DNA from: a virus
Length of the DNA stretch: 64,000 bases
Strand: one strand, 5' to 3'
Virus record (IMG/VR): IMGVR_UViG_3300045988_103765
Positions within the stretch are counted from its first letter, which is position 1. Every line of letters begins with the position of its first letter. A program made the translations under genes and the position numbers. Below the pieces are notes generated by a model, which ran no database searches, was not told where the DNA came from, and saw nothing but the letters and a program-made list of their open reading frames with translations. Shown here piece by piece: positions 55,987 through 64,000 of this stretch.

Positions 55987-56005
55987 AATGAATAATGGAG
56001 GTTGA
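55724..56005 (+). CDS. hypothetical protein (93 aa), duplicate 1
   Basis: ORF track. Identical to 57735..58016 except for the last 6 residues. Confidence 0.55.
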   Translation: MERIVELRGLEGVYCSDVVHAYMSCNAEDVQKALEIGIPCTGANDYGAYNIYFDDYGRICFEYMQRCVTREYRYVESIEEAIDWMNRLMNNGG

Positions 56006-56007
56006 TT

Positions 56008-56334
56008 ATGGGCAAATATAGATACAGAGAAGTAAAAAACTATATCCATAACGAATTAAAGTTGACTAAAGAGGATATAAAGGAAATTATGATTCCAATC
56101 GTGAAAGAAGAAGTCAAACGTATCTTTCATAACACCTACGGAAACGACGTTGATATAGAGAGGTGGGTTCGTTGTATGGTTTCCAACGAGATACAAAGAC
56201 ATGGTGATTACTCTATGATAAGGAATTTATGCAGGGAGATAATTAAGGAGGAAATTGCTGATAGGTTGTCAATTGATATAAGTCTTAAAAGAAAAGGAGA
56301 TGGAAATAAAAGGGAAAGTACATTGCTTCTTTGA
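56008..56334 (+). CDS. hypothetical protein
   Basis: ORF track 56002..56334. ATG at 56008. Confidence 0.5.
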   Translation: MGKYRYREVKNYIHNELKLTKEDIKEIMIPIVKEEVKRIFHNTYGNDVDIERWVRCMVSNEIQRHGDYSMIRNLCREIIKEEIADRLSIDISLKRKGDGNKRESTLLL

Positions 56335-57031
56335 ACAAAGCGCAACATTCCGTGACGAGTTTAGAAAACTTGGATATGAATCTTTCGATTATGATATACA
56401 AAATTCATTCGGAAAGACTGACTATCAGATAGACTTGTTTGTAGAGATTGAAAAAGCATATGATGAAGAGGAAAGCATATTTAATAATATCACGAAAGAT
56501 GATTTAATTATAGCTTTCTTCCCCTGCATTTACTTTGAATGCATGCAGGCTAATTACTATCAAATGGCATCCAATAATCTTTATCATAAAGATAAAAAAG
56601 AGCAATATAGTATAGTATTAGAAAGGGTAAATAATAGAAATAAATTCTATATGCTATTATATAAATTGTTTGCTGTTTGTGATTTGAAAGGTTTAAGATT
56701 GATAGTCGAAAATCCTGCTACACAGCCGCATTATCTTTTATTTCCAGCTAATTTCATACCTTATACTTTTATTGACAAAGATAGAACAAAAAGAGGTGAC
56801 TATTTTAAAAAACCAACAGCTTATTGGTTTGTAAACTGTAAACCAACAAATGGAAGAAGTTATCAGAAGCCAATACAAACTAAAACAATAATGAAAAGTA
56901 AAAAGGGAAAGGAAGCAGGAATTTGTTCCGAAGAACGGTCAATGATTTCACCGGACTACGCAAGGAATTTCATTTGCGACTTCATACTTGGGAAAGTACA
57001 AAAACATACACAACTTGATTTATTTAAATAA
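56300..57031 (+). CDS. divergent C5-cytosine methyltransferase-like protein
   Basis: AFFPCIYFE is PC motif IV-like, LIVENP is ENV motif VI-like and SPDYARNFI is motif X-like. Motif I lacks GxG (FFEQSATF). 243 aa. Confidence 0.35.
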   Translation: MEIKGKVHCFFEQSATFRDEFRKLGYESFDYDIQNSFGKTDYQIDLFVEIEKAYDEEESIFNNITKDDLIIAFFPCIYFECMQANYYQMASNNLYHKDKKEQYSIVLERVNNRNKFYMLLYKLFAVCDLKGLRLIVENPATQPHYLLFPANFIPYTFIDKDRTKRGDYFKKPTAYWFVNCKPTNGRSYQKPIQTKTIMKSKKGKEAGICSEERSMISPDYARNFICDFILGKVQKHTQLDLFK

Positions 57032-57043
57032 GAGAGAATAACT

Positions 57044-57346
57044 ATGAATGAAGAACTTTTAAGATTAGCATATCAATCCCTCAAACGTCAATTTGACAAC
57101 ATTAGCAAAGATAGTTGGATATGGACTGATTTCTTTGAAGATGAAAAAGTGGGATTTGATTACTTCAAAGAACAAATTGAACAAGATGAAGATTTTGCCT
57201 GCCTGCAAGACGAGACATATTACTTGGACAAGGATTTAGACGAACTGGCATATGATATAGCTTATGAAATTGCTTTAAAGTTGAAAGAAAATGATTTTTT
57301 TCATCAATGTGAACAATGTATGTTAGAAACTTATAAAATTGAATAA
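57044..57346 (+). CDS. acidic hypothetical protein
   Basis: ORF track. D/E-rich. Confidence 0.5.
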   Translation: MNEELLRLAYQSLKRQFDNISKDSWIWTDFFEDEKVGFDYFKEQIEQDEDFACLQDETYYLDKDLDELAYDIAYEIALKLKENDFFHQCEQCMLETYKIE

Positions 57347-57348
57347 TT

Positions 57349-57730
57349 ATGGACGAGAAATTTAAAAAGAAGTACGGTATCTACGATGGTATAGATACAA
57401 GCGCATTCAAGTATGTGTTGGCATGATGAATGCTACCCAAATATATCAGAAGATATGAAGTATAATTATGGACGATGCTATGTAAAACTTGGGAATTTAA
57501 TTGGCTGCTTTCCTGCTTATACCTTGCAGGACATCATACAGAGGTTACCGCCCTCTATCAATATATGTATGCTGCATATATATCCTGCTGCTGACTTGTG
57601 GTATTTCGTGTACATGGATTCTTACACCCGTACTATTCTAAGCACGAAGTATAGTCCGGATATTATGAATGCAGCCTATCAGATGTTGTGTTGGGTGATT
57701 GAAAACGGACATTTAGAAACAGACAAGTAA
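57349..57730 (+). pseudogene. paralogue family A gene split by a frameshift (57349..57426 + 57413..57730)
   Basis: The 25-aa ORF MDEKFKKKYGIYDGIDTSAFKYVLA aligns with the N-terminus of 54842..55285 (LGVDISKGSMVW) and then switches to the +1 frame ORF. Confidence 0.4.
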
Positions 57731-57997
57731 TGATATGGAACGAATAGTAGAATTAAGAGGATTAGAAGGAGTATATTGTAGTGATGTAGTTCATGCTTAT
57801 ATGTCTTGCAATGCAGAAGACGTTCAAAAAGCTTTGGAGATTGGGATTCCATGTACTGGAGCAAATGACTACGGAGCGTATAACATCTATTTTGACGATT
57901 ACGGAAGAATATGTTTTGAATATATGCAACGTTGTGTAACAAGAGAATACAGATACGTTGAATCAATAGAAGAGGCTATAGACTGGATGAATAGGTT
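57656..57997 (+). repeat. 342-bp perfect direct repeat, copy B
   Basis: Identical to 55645..55986. Confidence 0.95.
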
Positions 57998-58016
57998 TAT
58001 GAATAATAGGAGGTAA
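57735..58016 (+). CDS. hypothetical protein (93 aa), duplicate 2
   Basis: ORF track. Confidence 0.55.
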   Translation: MERIVELRGLEGVYCSDVVHAYMSCNAEDVQKALEIGIPCTGANDYGAYNIYFDDYGRICFEYMQRCVTREYRYVESIEEAIDWMNRFMNNRR

Positions 58017-58018
58017 TT

Positions 58019-58210
58019 ATGAAATATACAATTTCTAAAATTCATATTTATAGGTGCTTACCACCATATAGGAAATGGTACAGCATAACGACTGATAGCG
58101 GAATAACTAAAGACAATATTGTAATTGTTGGTAAAAAGCGATTATTGAAAGTTGCCTTTGCATTGATACTTATGGCTTTATTTAATAAAAGAACCACTAT
58201 AACCAGATGA
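58019..58210 (+). CDS. hypothetical protein
   Basis: ORF track. Confidence 0.45.
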   Translation: MKYTISKIHIYRCLPPYRKWYSITTDSGITKDNIVIVGKKRLLKVAFALILMALFNKRTTITR

Positions 58211-58317
58211 TTATGGAACAAAAGAACATAACTATTGAATGGCTAGGAATGTTTGCCCATGCTTACAAGCTGCATTGTGAAGAATGTGAAGAATGTGAAA
58301 AGAAGAAAGGAAAATAA
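58207..58317 (+). CDS. 36-aa Cys-rich micro-protein (..HCEECEECEKKKGK)
   Basis: Below the cutoff. ATGA overlap with the previous gene, and its stop lies 1 nt before the next ATG. Confidence 0.35.
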   Translation: MIMEQKNITIEWLGMFAHAYKLHCEECEECEKKKGK

Positions 58318-58318
58318 T

Positions 58319-58663
58319 ATGGGAGTATTAAGAAACGTACAGCCAACAGCACGAAAAGAACATAAATGTGAATATTGTGGTGGAATTATACATGTTGGCG
58401 AAAAGTATGATAGACAAACAATTGTTTTTGATGGTTGTATCTATGACTGGATATGTCATATAGAATGTACTCAATTAGTCTATAAGCTTGATATGTTTGA
58501 CGGTTGCTATGACGGATTGGATAGCGACGCTTTTATTGACACCTTAAAACAATATGTTTATGACTTCCATTACGATGAAGAGATAGAAGATATTGCTAAG
58601 GATTGGCAATTACCATATCCAGAACTTGTGAAGAAAGTATTAGAAGAACTGAAAGGAGAATAG
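58319..58663 (+). CDS. Cys/His-rich (zinc-binding-like) protein
   Basis: ORF track 58253..58663. I prefer ATG 58319. Contains CEYCGG...CHIEC. Confidence 0.5.
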   Translation: MGVLRNVQPTARKEHKCEYCGGIIHVGEKYDRQTIVFDGCIYDWICHIECTQLVYKLDMFDGCYDGLDSDAFIDTLKQYVYDFHYDEEIEDIAKDWQLPYPELVKKVLEELKGE

Positions 58664-58665
58664 TT

Positions 58666-58914
58666 ATGGAAATAAAAAAATGCAATAGAAATCCATATTT
58701 TCTTGCGGATTTTGTCTATGAAGGCTCATTTTCTGATAGAAATCCATTTTATCTTAGGATACCAGAAAAAGATGTTATTGAATTTTGCAATACACTTCTA
58801 AAAGCATATCAAGATGATATGGATGGGAAAATAGAAGTTATACCGCCTTATGTATATGTAACTGACAATGGTAATGTTTTTTATGATGGAGAAGTAATAA
58901 TAAAGGAGGAATAA
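58666..58914 (+). CDS. hypothetical protein
   Basis: ORF track 58603..58914. ATG at 58666. Confidence 0.5.
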   Translation: MEIKKCNRNPYFLADFVYEGSFSDRNPFYLRIPEKDVIEFCNTLLKAYQDDMDGKIEVIPPYVYVTDNGNVFYDGEVIIKEE

Positions 58915-58916
58915 CT

Positions 58917-59300
58917 ATGGGATTTACAACACCGTGCTTTATACGTAAGAATACTCCAACACTTCAAGAAAGGCTAAAAAATCTTGGTTATCTCTCTCTT
59001 GATAATGACAATGATAAGAGAGACGGTCTTGTTGCTGATAGGAATGGTTTTATGTATTCTATTTTTGAGAAAAACGTTCTTGGTAGTACATATAACTGTG
59101 GTATCAATGAAGAGCTTTTTCTTGCCATTGCTGCATTGAGATATGATACAGACGATAGCCAATGGTTCACGGATGGGGAAGATTGGTTCTTATGCCAATA
59201 TCTGAAAGTAGGAATGCACTACCAAGACAAACCGGAAATACTATTTGATAAGTGGCATAAAGCCTCCGTGGACGAACTGATTGAACACTTTAAACAATAA
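58917..59300 (+). CDS. hypothetical protein
   Basis: ORF track. Confidence 0.55.
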   Translation: MGFTTPCFIRKNTPTLQERLKNLGYLSLDNDNDKRDGLVADRNGFMYSIFEKNVLGSTYNCGINEELFLAIAALRYDTDDSQWFTDGEDWFLCQYLKVGMHYQDKPEILFDKWHKASVDELIEHFKQ

Positions 59301-59304
59301 CAGC

Positions 59305-59493
59305 ATGAGAAAATATAGAATTGAAAACTATGGCATTTATAAGAACATCTTTGATGTACAAATGAATACTTGGTGGTGCGGATGGATTACGATAAAAACA
59401 TTCGTAGCAAGCGATATTGCTCCTGATAGTATTGATTATGCAAAAGCCTGCGCACAAGAACTATTAGATAAATTAAGGGAGGAATTACTATGA
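59305..59493 (+). CDS. hypothetical protein
   Basis: ORF track 59281..59493. ATG at 59305. Confidence 0.5.
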   Translation: MRKYRIENYGIYKNIFDVQMNTWWCGWITIKTFVASDIAPDSIDYAKACAQELLDKLREELL

Positions 59494-59834
59494 CAGAAAA
59501 AAAAGCTATAAAAATCCTCTATGAGCACAACATATGGCGAAAAGGAGGAGAAGGCGAAATGATTACGCCTGCATTATTAAGTGAAGCCATTGATACCATT
59601 GTGGACCTATTCAATGAGCGTAATGCGATGAAGTATTACTATGTAATTTTTGCTCATCAAAAGAAAGAAAATGAAAAATATAATATTGCTACAGTGAATA
59701 TGAAATCTAATCAAGATTTTAACCCATATAAAGCTGCTGATGTCATTAAGGAACAATTAAAAGCAAATGATGTAATCATTCGTTCTTGGCAAGAAATATC
59801 AGAAACAGCTTATAACAGTTATGAAAATGAATGA
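59490..59834 (+). CDS. hypothetical protein
   Basis: ORF track. Confidence 0.55.
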   Translation: MTEKKAIKILYEHNIWRKGGEGEMITPALLSEAIDTIVDLFNERNAMKYYYVIFAHQKKENEKYNIATVNMKSNQDFNPYKAADVIKEQLKANDVIIRSWQEISETAYNSYENE

Positions 59835-61923
59835 GATAACTATTAGACAATGGTATGATACCTTCAAATCGGGTGAAGAGTTGGTTGAAGTTCGTATAGT
59901 AGACAATGCTTATAAAAGAACCTATTCCGGCTACTTTACTGATGTTGATACCCTGCTCAACGAAATTAGGAAGTACGATAACTGTAACATCTACTTCACA
60001 TTGAACGCTATCAATCCAGCATGTTATGACAGAGAGCAGCATGATAGGATTGTCACTAAACCTAAGTCAACTACTTCTGACAATGATATTGTTGGAAGAG
60101 ATTGGATATTGATAGACATAGATACTAAGAAGCCATCAGACACAAACTCAACTGATGAAGAGAAGGAGATGGCGAAAGAAGTAGTCAACAATGTATTTAA
60201 GTTCCTACGGGATGAAGGCTTTGAAAAACCAGTAGTATGCGATAGTGGTAATGGTTTCCATCTACTGTACAAAATAGCCATGAAGAATAGCAATGAGAAT
60301 ACTACAATCTGCAAAGAGTTCCTGCAAGTTCTTGATATGCTATTCTCTAATCCGAATGTGAAGATTGATTGTAGTACGTTCAATTCAAGCCGCATTTGTA
60401 AACTTTACGGAACATTTAGTAGAAAGGGAAGTAATACCAAGAAACGTCCTCAAAGGGAAAGTAAGATACTAAGAATACCAGATGAAGTTAAAATAACTCC
60501 AAACGAATACTTTGCCAAAGTTGCTGCTATGCTCCCGAAGCCGGAACAACCAAGTAAGAGTAACTACTACAGCAATGAGAAGTTTGACTTAGAAGCATTT
60601 CTGAATAAACACCACATCTCAGTAAGAAACATTGTAAGGACATCATCGTTTACAAAGTACATACTTGACGAATGCCCATTCAATAGTTCACACCGTGCTC
60701 CGGATTCAGCAATCTTTGAAATGTCTAATGGAGGACTTGGCTTTAAGTGCCTGCATTCAAGTTGTTCTCAATATACGTGGAAGGACTTTCGGTTGAAGTT
60801 TGAGCCGGATGCTTACGACCACAAGGAATACCAAAGGCACGAGCATAAGATGCAATACTACTCTTCCCAAAAGAAAGAACCTTTTGTGCCAAAGAAGGAG
60901 GATTCCGCTAAGGGAAAGAAATGGCTGGCTATGACTGATGTACAGTATGTGGATATGAGTAAGTTGGTAGCTATTCCTACGGGATATAAAGAACTTGACA
61001 AAAAAATCATCGGACTATTGATGGGAGATGTAACTGTATTGTCTGGTCTCAGTGGGTCGGGCAAGACCTCTTGGATAGATTGTGTTGTTCTGAATGCTGT
61101 ACAACGTGGTTACAAGGTCGGGATTTGGTCGGGAGAATTGCAGGATTTTCGATTTCAAAGCTGGATAGACCAAATATCTGCTGGTAAAAATTATGTATGC
61201 AAAAAAGAGGGCTACGAAAACTATTACTATGCTCCAAAGAATATAGCTAACCAAATCAACAAATGGTTGGAAGGTAAGCTGTTTCTCTATAATAACAACT
61301 ATGGAAGCAAATGGCAACAACTGTTTGCAGATATTAAAACACTTGTGGAGAATGAAGGGACACAACTTATTGTACTTGATAACTTGATGGCATTGCAGAT
61401 TGATAGCTATGATGGAGATAAGTACACACAGCAGACAAGGTTTATAAATGATTTGAAGGAATACGCCAAAGCAAAGAACATACATGTTATCCTTGTCTGT
61501 CATCCAAGAAAAGAAGGCGGTTTCTTACGGAAAGAAAGTATATCCGGCACAGCAGACCTAACAAACCTTGCGGATTCAGTTATCATTATACATCGAATAG
61601 GAAAAGACTTTGAGCAGAGGGCAGGGGAGTTTTTCGGCAAGGACAAAGTTCTGCCATATCTAAAGTATAACTCTGTAATTGAAGTCTGTAAGAACCGAAG
61701 CATGGGAGTGATAGATTTATTAGTAGGTATGTACTTTGAAGTCGAATCCCGTAGACTAAAAAACGAAATATCGGAGAATATCGTCTATGGCTGGCAGGAG
61801 CAACCAGCACAGTTGACATTTGAGCCGACACCCGAATCTGATGTTTCTGACTTACAAGACATATATGATAATATGAGCAATCAATTACCGTTTGGTAACG
61901 AATTGCAAGAATTACCTTTTTAA
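59821..61923 (+). CDS. bifunctional primase-polymerase (AEP) / RecA-DnaB-like helicase
   Basis: The AEP motifs ILIDIDTK (DxD) and CDSGNGFHLLYK, a Zn motif (CPFNSSH..CLHSSC), Walker A (LSGLSGSGKTSW) and Walker B (LIVLDNLM). Confidence 0.8.
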   Translation: MKMNEITIRQWYDTFKSGEELVEVRIVDNAYKRTYSGYFTDVDTLLNEIRKYDNCNIYFTLNAINPACYDREQHDRIVTKPKSTTSDNDIVGRDWILIDIDTKKPSDTNSTDEEKEMAKEVVNNVFKFLRDEGFEKPVVCDSGNGFHLLYKIAMKNSNENTTICKEFLQVLDMLFSNPNVKIDCSTFNSSRICKLYGTFSRKGSNTKKRPQRESKILRIPDEVKITPNEYFAKVAAMLPKPEQPSKSNYYSNEKFDLEAFLNKHHISVRNIVRTSSFTKYILDECPFNSSHRAPDSAIFEMSNGGLGFKCLHSSCSQYTWKDFRLKFEPDAYDHKEYQRHEHKMQYYSSQKKEPFVPKKEDSAKGKKWLAMTDVQYVDMSKLVAIPTGYKELDKKIIGLLMGDVTVLSGLSGSGKTSWIDCVVLNAVQRGYKVGIWSGELQDFRFQSWIDQISAGKNYVCKKEGYENYYYAPKNIANQINKWLEGKLFLYNNNYGSKWQQLFADIKTLVENEGTQLIVLDNLMALQIDSYDGDKYTQQTRFINDLKEYAKAKNIHVILVCHPRKEGGFLRKESISGTADLTNLADSVIIIHRIGKDFEQRAGEFFGKDKVLPYLKYNSVIEVCKNRSMGVIDLLVGMYFEVESRRLKNEISENIVYGWQEQPAQLTFEPTPESDVSDLQDIYDNMSNQLPFGNELQELPF

Positions 61924-61924
61924 A

Positions 61925-62140
61925 ATGGAAAATAAAATCGAATTTACGAAAATAGAGCAGTATTTACCGAAAGAAGGCGAAGAAGTTCTATTCCTATGCG
62001 AAAATAATATGATTTTTCATGGGGAATATCTATTAGGTAATTGGTTCACGTATTTACCGGAATATGGTAGCAAAATGATAAGCACTATCTGCCGATTCAG
62101 AGTAGTCGGGTGGGTAGGAATAAATAACTTTAGTTTTTAA
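61925..62140 (+). CDS. hypothetical protein
   Basis: ORF track 61892..62140. ATG at 61925. Confidence 0.5.
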   Translation: MENKIEFTKIEQYLPKEGEEVLFLCENNMIFHGEYLLGNWFTYLPEYGSKMISTICRFRVVGWVGINNFSF

Positions 62141-62159
62141 TCAATTAAAAGAATTAATC

Positions 62160-62588
62160 ATGTTAGTACAATTAATGGAAGCAAAAGTTTCTTACGTAAA
62201 AATCAACGAAAGAGGCAAGCAAAAGAGAGTAACAGAAAAGTATCTTGTAAACGCTATGAGTTGCACAGAATGCGAAAAGCTGATGAACGAAGAACTGTCT
62301 ATCTACCAAGCAGACGAGTTTTCAGTTCTTGCAGTTGGACGAACAAACTTCCAAGAATTTTTGGGAGATAAGGACAAAGAGGACAAGAAACTGTTTATGG
62401 TAAAGCTCAACTACATCATTCTGAATGACGAGGGCGACGAGAAGAAAACACCTTGCATGTTGATTGTTGAAGCTGATACAACAGAAGAGGCAACAAACAC
62501 TGTCAAAGAAGCTATGTCCGCTTCAATGGCTGATTGGAGAATCGAACGAGTTGTTGAATCTAACTATATAGATATTGTGAACTTGTAG
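62160..62588 (+). CDS. DUF4494 family protein
   Basis: EAKVSYVKINERGKQKRVTEKYLVNAMSCTECE matches my recollection of the Bacteroidetes DUF4494 N-terminus. Confidence 0.5.
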   Translation: MLVQLMEAKVSYVKINERGKQKRVTEKYLVNAMSCTECEKLMNEELSIYQADEFSVLAVGRTNFQEFLGDKDKEDKKLFMVKLNYIILNDEGDEKKTPCMLIVEADTTEEATNTVKEAMSASMADWRIERVVESNYIDIVNL

Positions 62589-62749
62589 TTTGTAATCTCG
62601 TTTATTTTAAGTCGAAAGGGAGGGAGTAACAATTGTGCTTTCTCTCTTTCTTTTAAGGGAGTTAAGCGGGAAATCCCGTTCCTTTAGGGGTGGGATGAAA
62701 GCGTTTACGAAATTTTTAGCAAAATATTTGTGTAGTTCTAAAATAGTTG

Positions 62750-62757
62750 TATATTTG
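62750..62757 (+). promoter_or_regulatory. -7 box TATATTTG abutting the tnpB-2 start
   Basis: Matches TAnnTTTG and ends 4 nt before ATG 62762. Confidence 0.4.
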
Positions 62758-62761
62758 TAGT

Positions 62762-63988
62762 ATGAAATATAGAGCATACAAATATAGGCTATATCCAAAC
62801 GAGGAGCAGAAGGTGCTTATAGCAAAGCATCTCGGTTCTTGTCGTTTCATCTATAACTATGCTCTTGATAAGAAAGTGAGAGCCTATCAAACCGATAAAA
62901 CAAATCTTTCTCGTTTTGACATTCAAGCAGATTTGCCTAATATGAAGAAATCAGAAGAGTATTGTTGGCTCAAAGAGGTTAATTCACTTTCACTTCAAGC
63001 ATCGCTTGCTAATCTTGATTCAGCCTACACTAAGTTTTTTAGAGAACATAAAGGTTTTCCAAGATTTAAGTCTAAAAAAGATAGCAAGCAAAGTTTCTCT
63101 ATACCGCAAAATACTAAGGTAGATTTTGAAAATGGTCGTGTGTTCATTCCTAAATTCAAGAATGGCATTAAGGCAAAACTTCATCGCTCCTTTGAAGGTA
63201 TAGTTAAATCTTCTACTATTTCAAGAACTGCAACAGATAAGTATTTCATTTCAATCCTTGTGGAAGTGAATGAACCCGATGTGCCTATGAAACCAATTTG
63301 CGAGAACAAAGCAGTTGGTATAGACCTCGGTATAAAAACATTTGCTGTCCTTTCTGATGGAACTGAAATACCTAATCCTAAATACTTAAAGCAATCACTT
63401 GATAAGGTCAAAAAACTTCAACGCTCTCTATCTCACAAGACCAAAGGTTCTAAGAATAGAGATAAAGCGAGAAGAAAATTGGCATTAGTACACGAGCAAG
63501 TAACCAATAGAAGAAATGACTTTTTACATAAGGTTACATCCTATCTTGTGAGAAACTATGACGCTATTTGTCTTGAGGACTTGAATGTAAAGGGAATGGT
63601 TAAGAACCACCACCTTGCTCAAGCACTTGAGGATATTGCCATAGGTGCATTCAACACACTATTGGAATACAAAGCAAAAGAACGAGGAGTAAATATCCTT
63701 CGCATTGGTCGCTTTGAGCCAAGTTCCAAGATGTGCGAATGCGGATATATAAATAGAGAACTTAAACTTTCCGACCGTAAGTGGACTTGTCCCAAGTGTG
63801 GAATTACAAATGACAGAGATTTACTTGCAGCCCGAAATATCAAACGCTTCGGACTACAAGCACAGAATTTATTAACCCAACCGATGGCGCATCGGGGATT
63901 GGACGGTGAGAACCCAACTATGGACGACCGGAGTACAAGCTCCCTAAGAAGTAGTGGCTCGATGAAACGTCAAGTTGTTCAAGTGTAA
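62762..63988 (+). CDS. tnpB: TnpB RNA-guided endonuclease (canonical, with zinc finger)
   Basis: N-terminus MKYRAYKYRLYPN. RuvC D (VGIDLGIK) and E (ICLEDLNVKGM), zinc finger CECG..CPKCG, and D (NDRDLLAARNI). The track start at 62747 is a TTG inside the promoter box. Confidence 0.9.
   Translation: MKYRAYKYRLYPNEEQKVLIAKHLGSCRFIYNYALDKKVRAYQTDKTNLSRFDIQADLPNMKKSEEYCWLKEVNSLSLQASLANLDSAYTKFFREHKGFPRFKSKKDSKQSFSIPQNTKVDFENGRVFIPKFKNGIKAKLHRSFEGIVKSSTISRTATDKYFISILVEVNEPDVPMKPICENKAVGIDLGIKTFAVLSDGTEIPNPKYLKQSLDKVKKLQRSLSHKTKGSKNRDKARRKLALVHEQVTNRRNDFLHKVTSYLVRNYDAICLEDLNVKGMVKNHHLAQALEDIAIGAFNTLLEYKAKERGVNILRIGRFEPSSKMCECGYINRELKLSDRKWTCPKCGITNDRDLLAARNIKRFGLQAQNLLTQPMAHRGLDGENPTMDDRSTSSLRSSGSMKRQVVQV
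63877..63975 (+). ncRNA. predicted omegaRNA (reRNA) scaffold, 3' part, overlapping the tnpB-2 3' end
   Basis: This is the position expected for IS200/IS605 omegaRNA. Contains hairpins (CCGATG-GCG-CATCGG; GGAG-TACAAG-CTCC). It is duplicated at 11202..11300. Confidence 0.55.
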
Positions 63989-64000
63989 GCTTGGATATAA

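Larger units (their letters stand above)
62589..63975 (+). mobile_element. IS200/IS605-family (IS1341-like) element carrying only tnpB
   Basis: Has a structured left region with CGGGA-AA-TCCCG and purine/pyrimidine hairpins, then tnpB. The right boundary is inferred from the point where the orphan copy diverges. Confidence 0.6.

Noticed and set aside
55668-57966. Identical 95-aa minus-strand ORFs 55668..55955 and 57679..57966
   Set aside because: They are identical only because they lie inside the two direct-repeat copies. They are antisense to better-supported plus-strand genes in a purely plus-strand operon and have a low-complexity Leu/Ile-rich sequence.
1-64000. Genome-wide TAG stop-codon recoding (prompted by the in-frame TAG at 42412..42414)
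   Set aside because: Several well-supported genes terminate at TAG at sensible lengths (for example 673, 2151, 31565). I saw no other interrupted long gene and no suppressor tRNA in the window.
1-64000. Prophage borders, att sites or an integrase
   Set aside because: There is no tyrosine or large serine integrase, no flanking bacterial housekeeping genes and no direct repeats at plausible borders. Both window ends are still phage or IS sequence, so the lifestyle cannot be decided from this window.

Overview
Almost the whole window is one tailed-phage genome (siphovirus type, long tape measure). The host is probably a Bacteroidota member: low GC, weak Shine-Dalgarno sites, recurrent TAnnTTTG -7 promoter boxes just upstream of operons, and Bacteroidetes-typical families (TIGR02757/DUF2400, DUF4494). 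All family names rest on motifs I recognised by eye, not on database searches. Layout: 1-2151 (+) holds virion-surface-like genes. 2358-15682 (-) is the head and tail morphogenesis operon: scaffold, decoration-like protein, major capsid, connectors, tail tube, chaperones, a 1723-aa tape measure, an Ant-like moron and a retropepsin-like protease. 15855-28956 (+) holds large terminase, a solo tnpB insertion, portal, a lysis cassette (holin-like, M15 endolysin, u-spanin) and a 2451-aa tail fibre. 28925-29917 (-) is a promoterless alternative fibre C-terminus. 30-44 kb is mostly (-) early genes, including a RecT / YqaJ-exonuclease / SSB / RuvC-like recombination module. 44.0-45.6 kb is a 1.6-kb non-coding control region between divergent early promoters. 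45.6-62.6 kb (+) holds about 50 small early genes plus an HNH endonuclease, a small serine recombinase, DUF559, HAD-like and C5-MTase-like proteins and a primase-polymerase/helicase. 62.6-64 kb is a second IS200/IS605-type tnpB element. The most notable observations: (1) in-frame 19-nt inverted repeats bracket two convergent alternative fibre C-termini, which looks like a Mu G-segment-like invertible host-range switch; (2) an orphan 99-nt copy (97/99 identical) of the tnpB-2 omegaRNA/right-end region sits inside the tail operon with a different guide-like flank; (3) two unrelated solo tnpB genes are present with no tnpA, one wedged between terminase and portal; (4) perfect 342-bp direct repeats bracket a 1.67-kb cassette with a C5-methyltransferase-like gene; (5) the control region carries alternating purine-pyrimidine tracts around an AT-repeat core; (6) several ORFs are broken at homopolymers (G10, A9) or by an in-frame TAG. 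I found no rRNA, tRNA, CRISPR array, integrase or reverse transcriptase.
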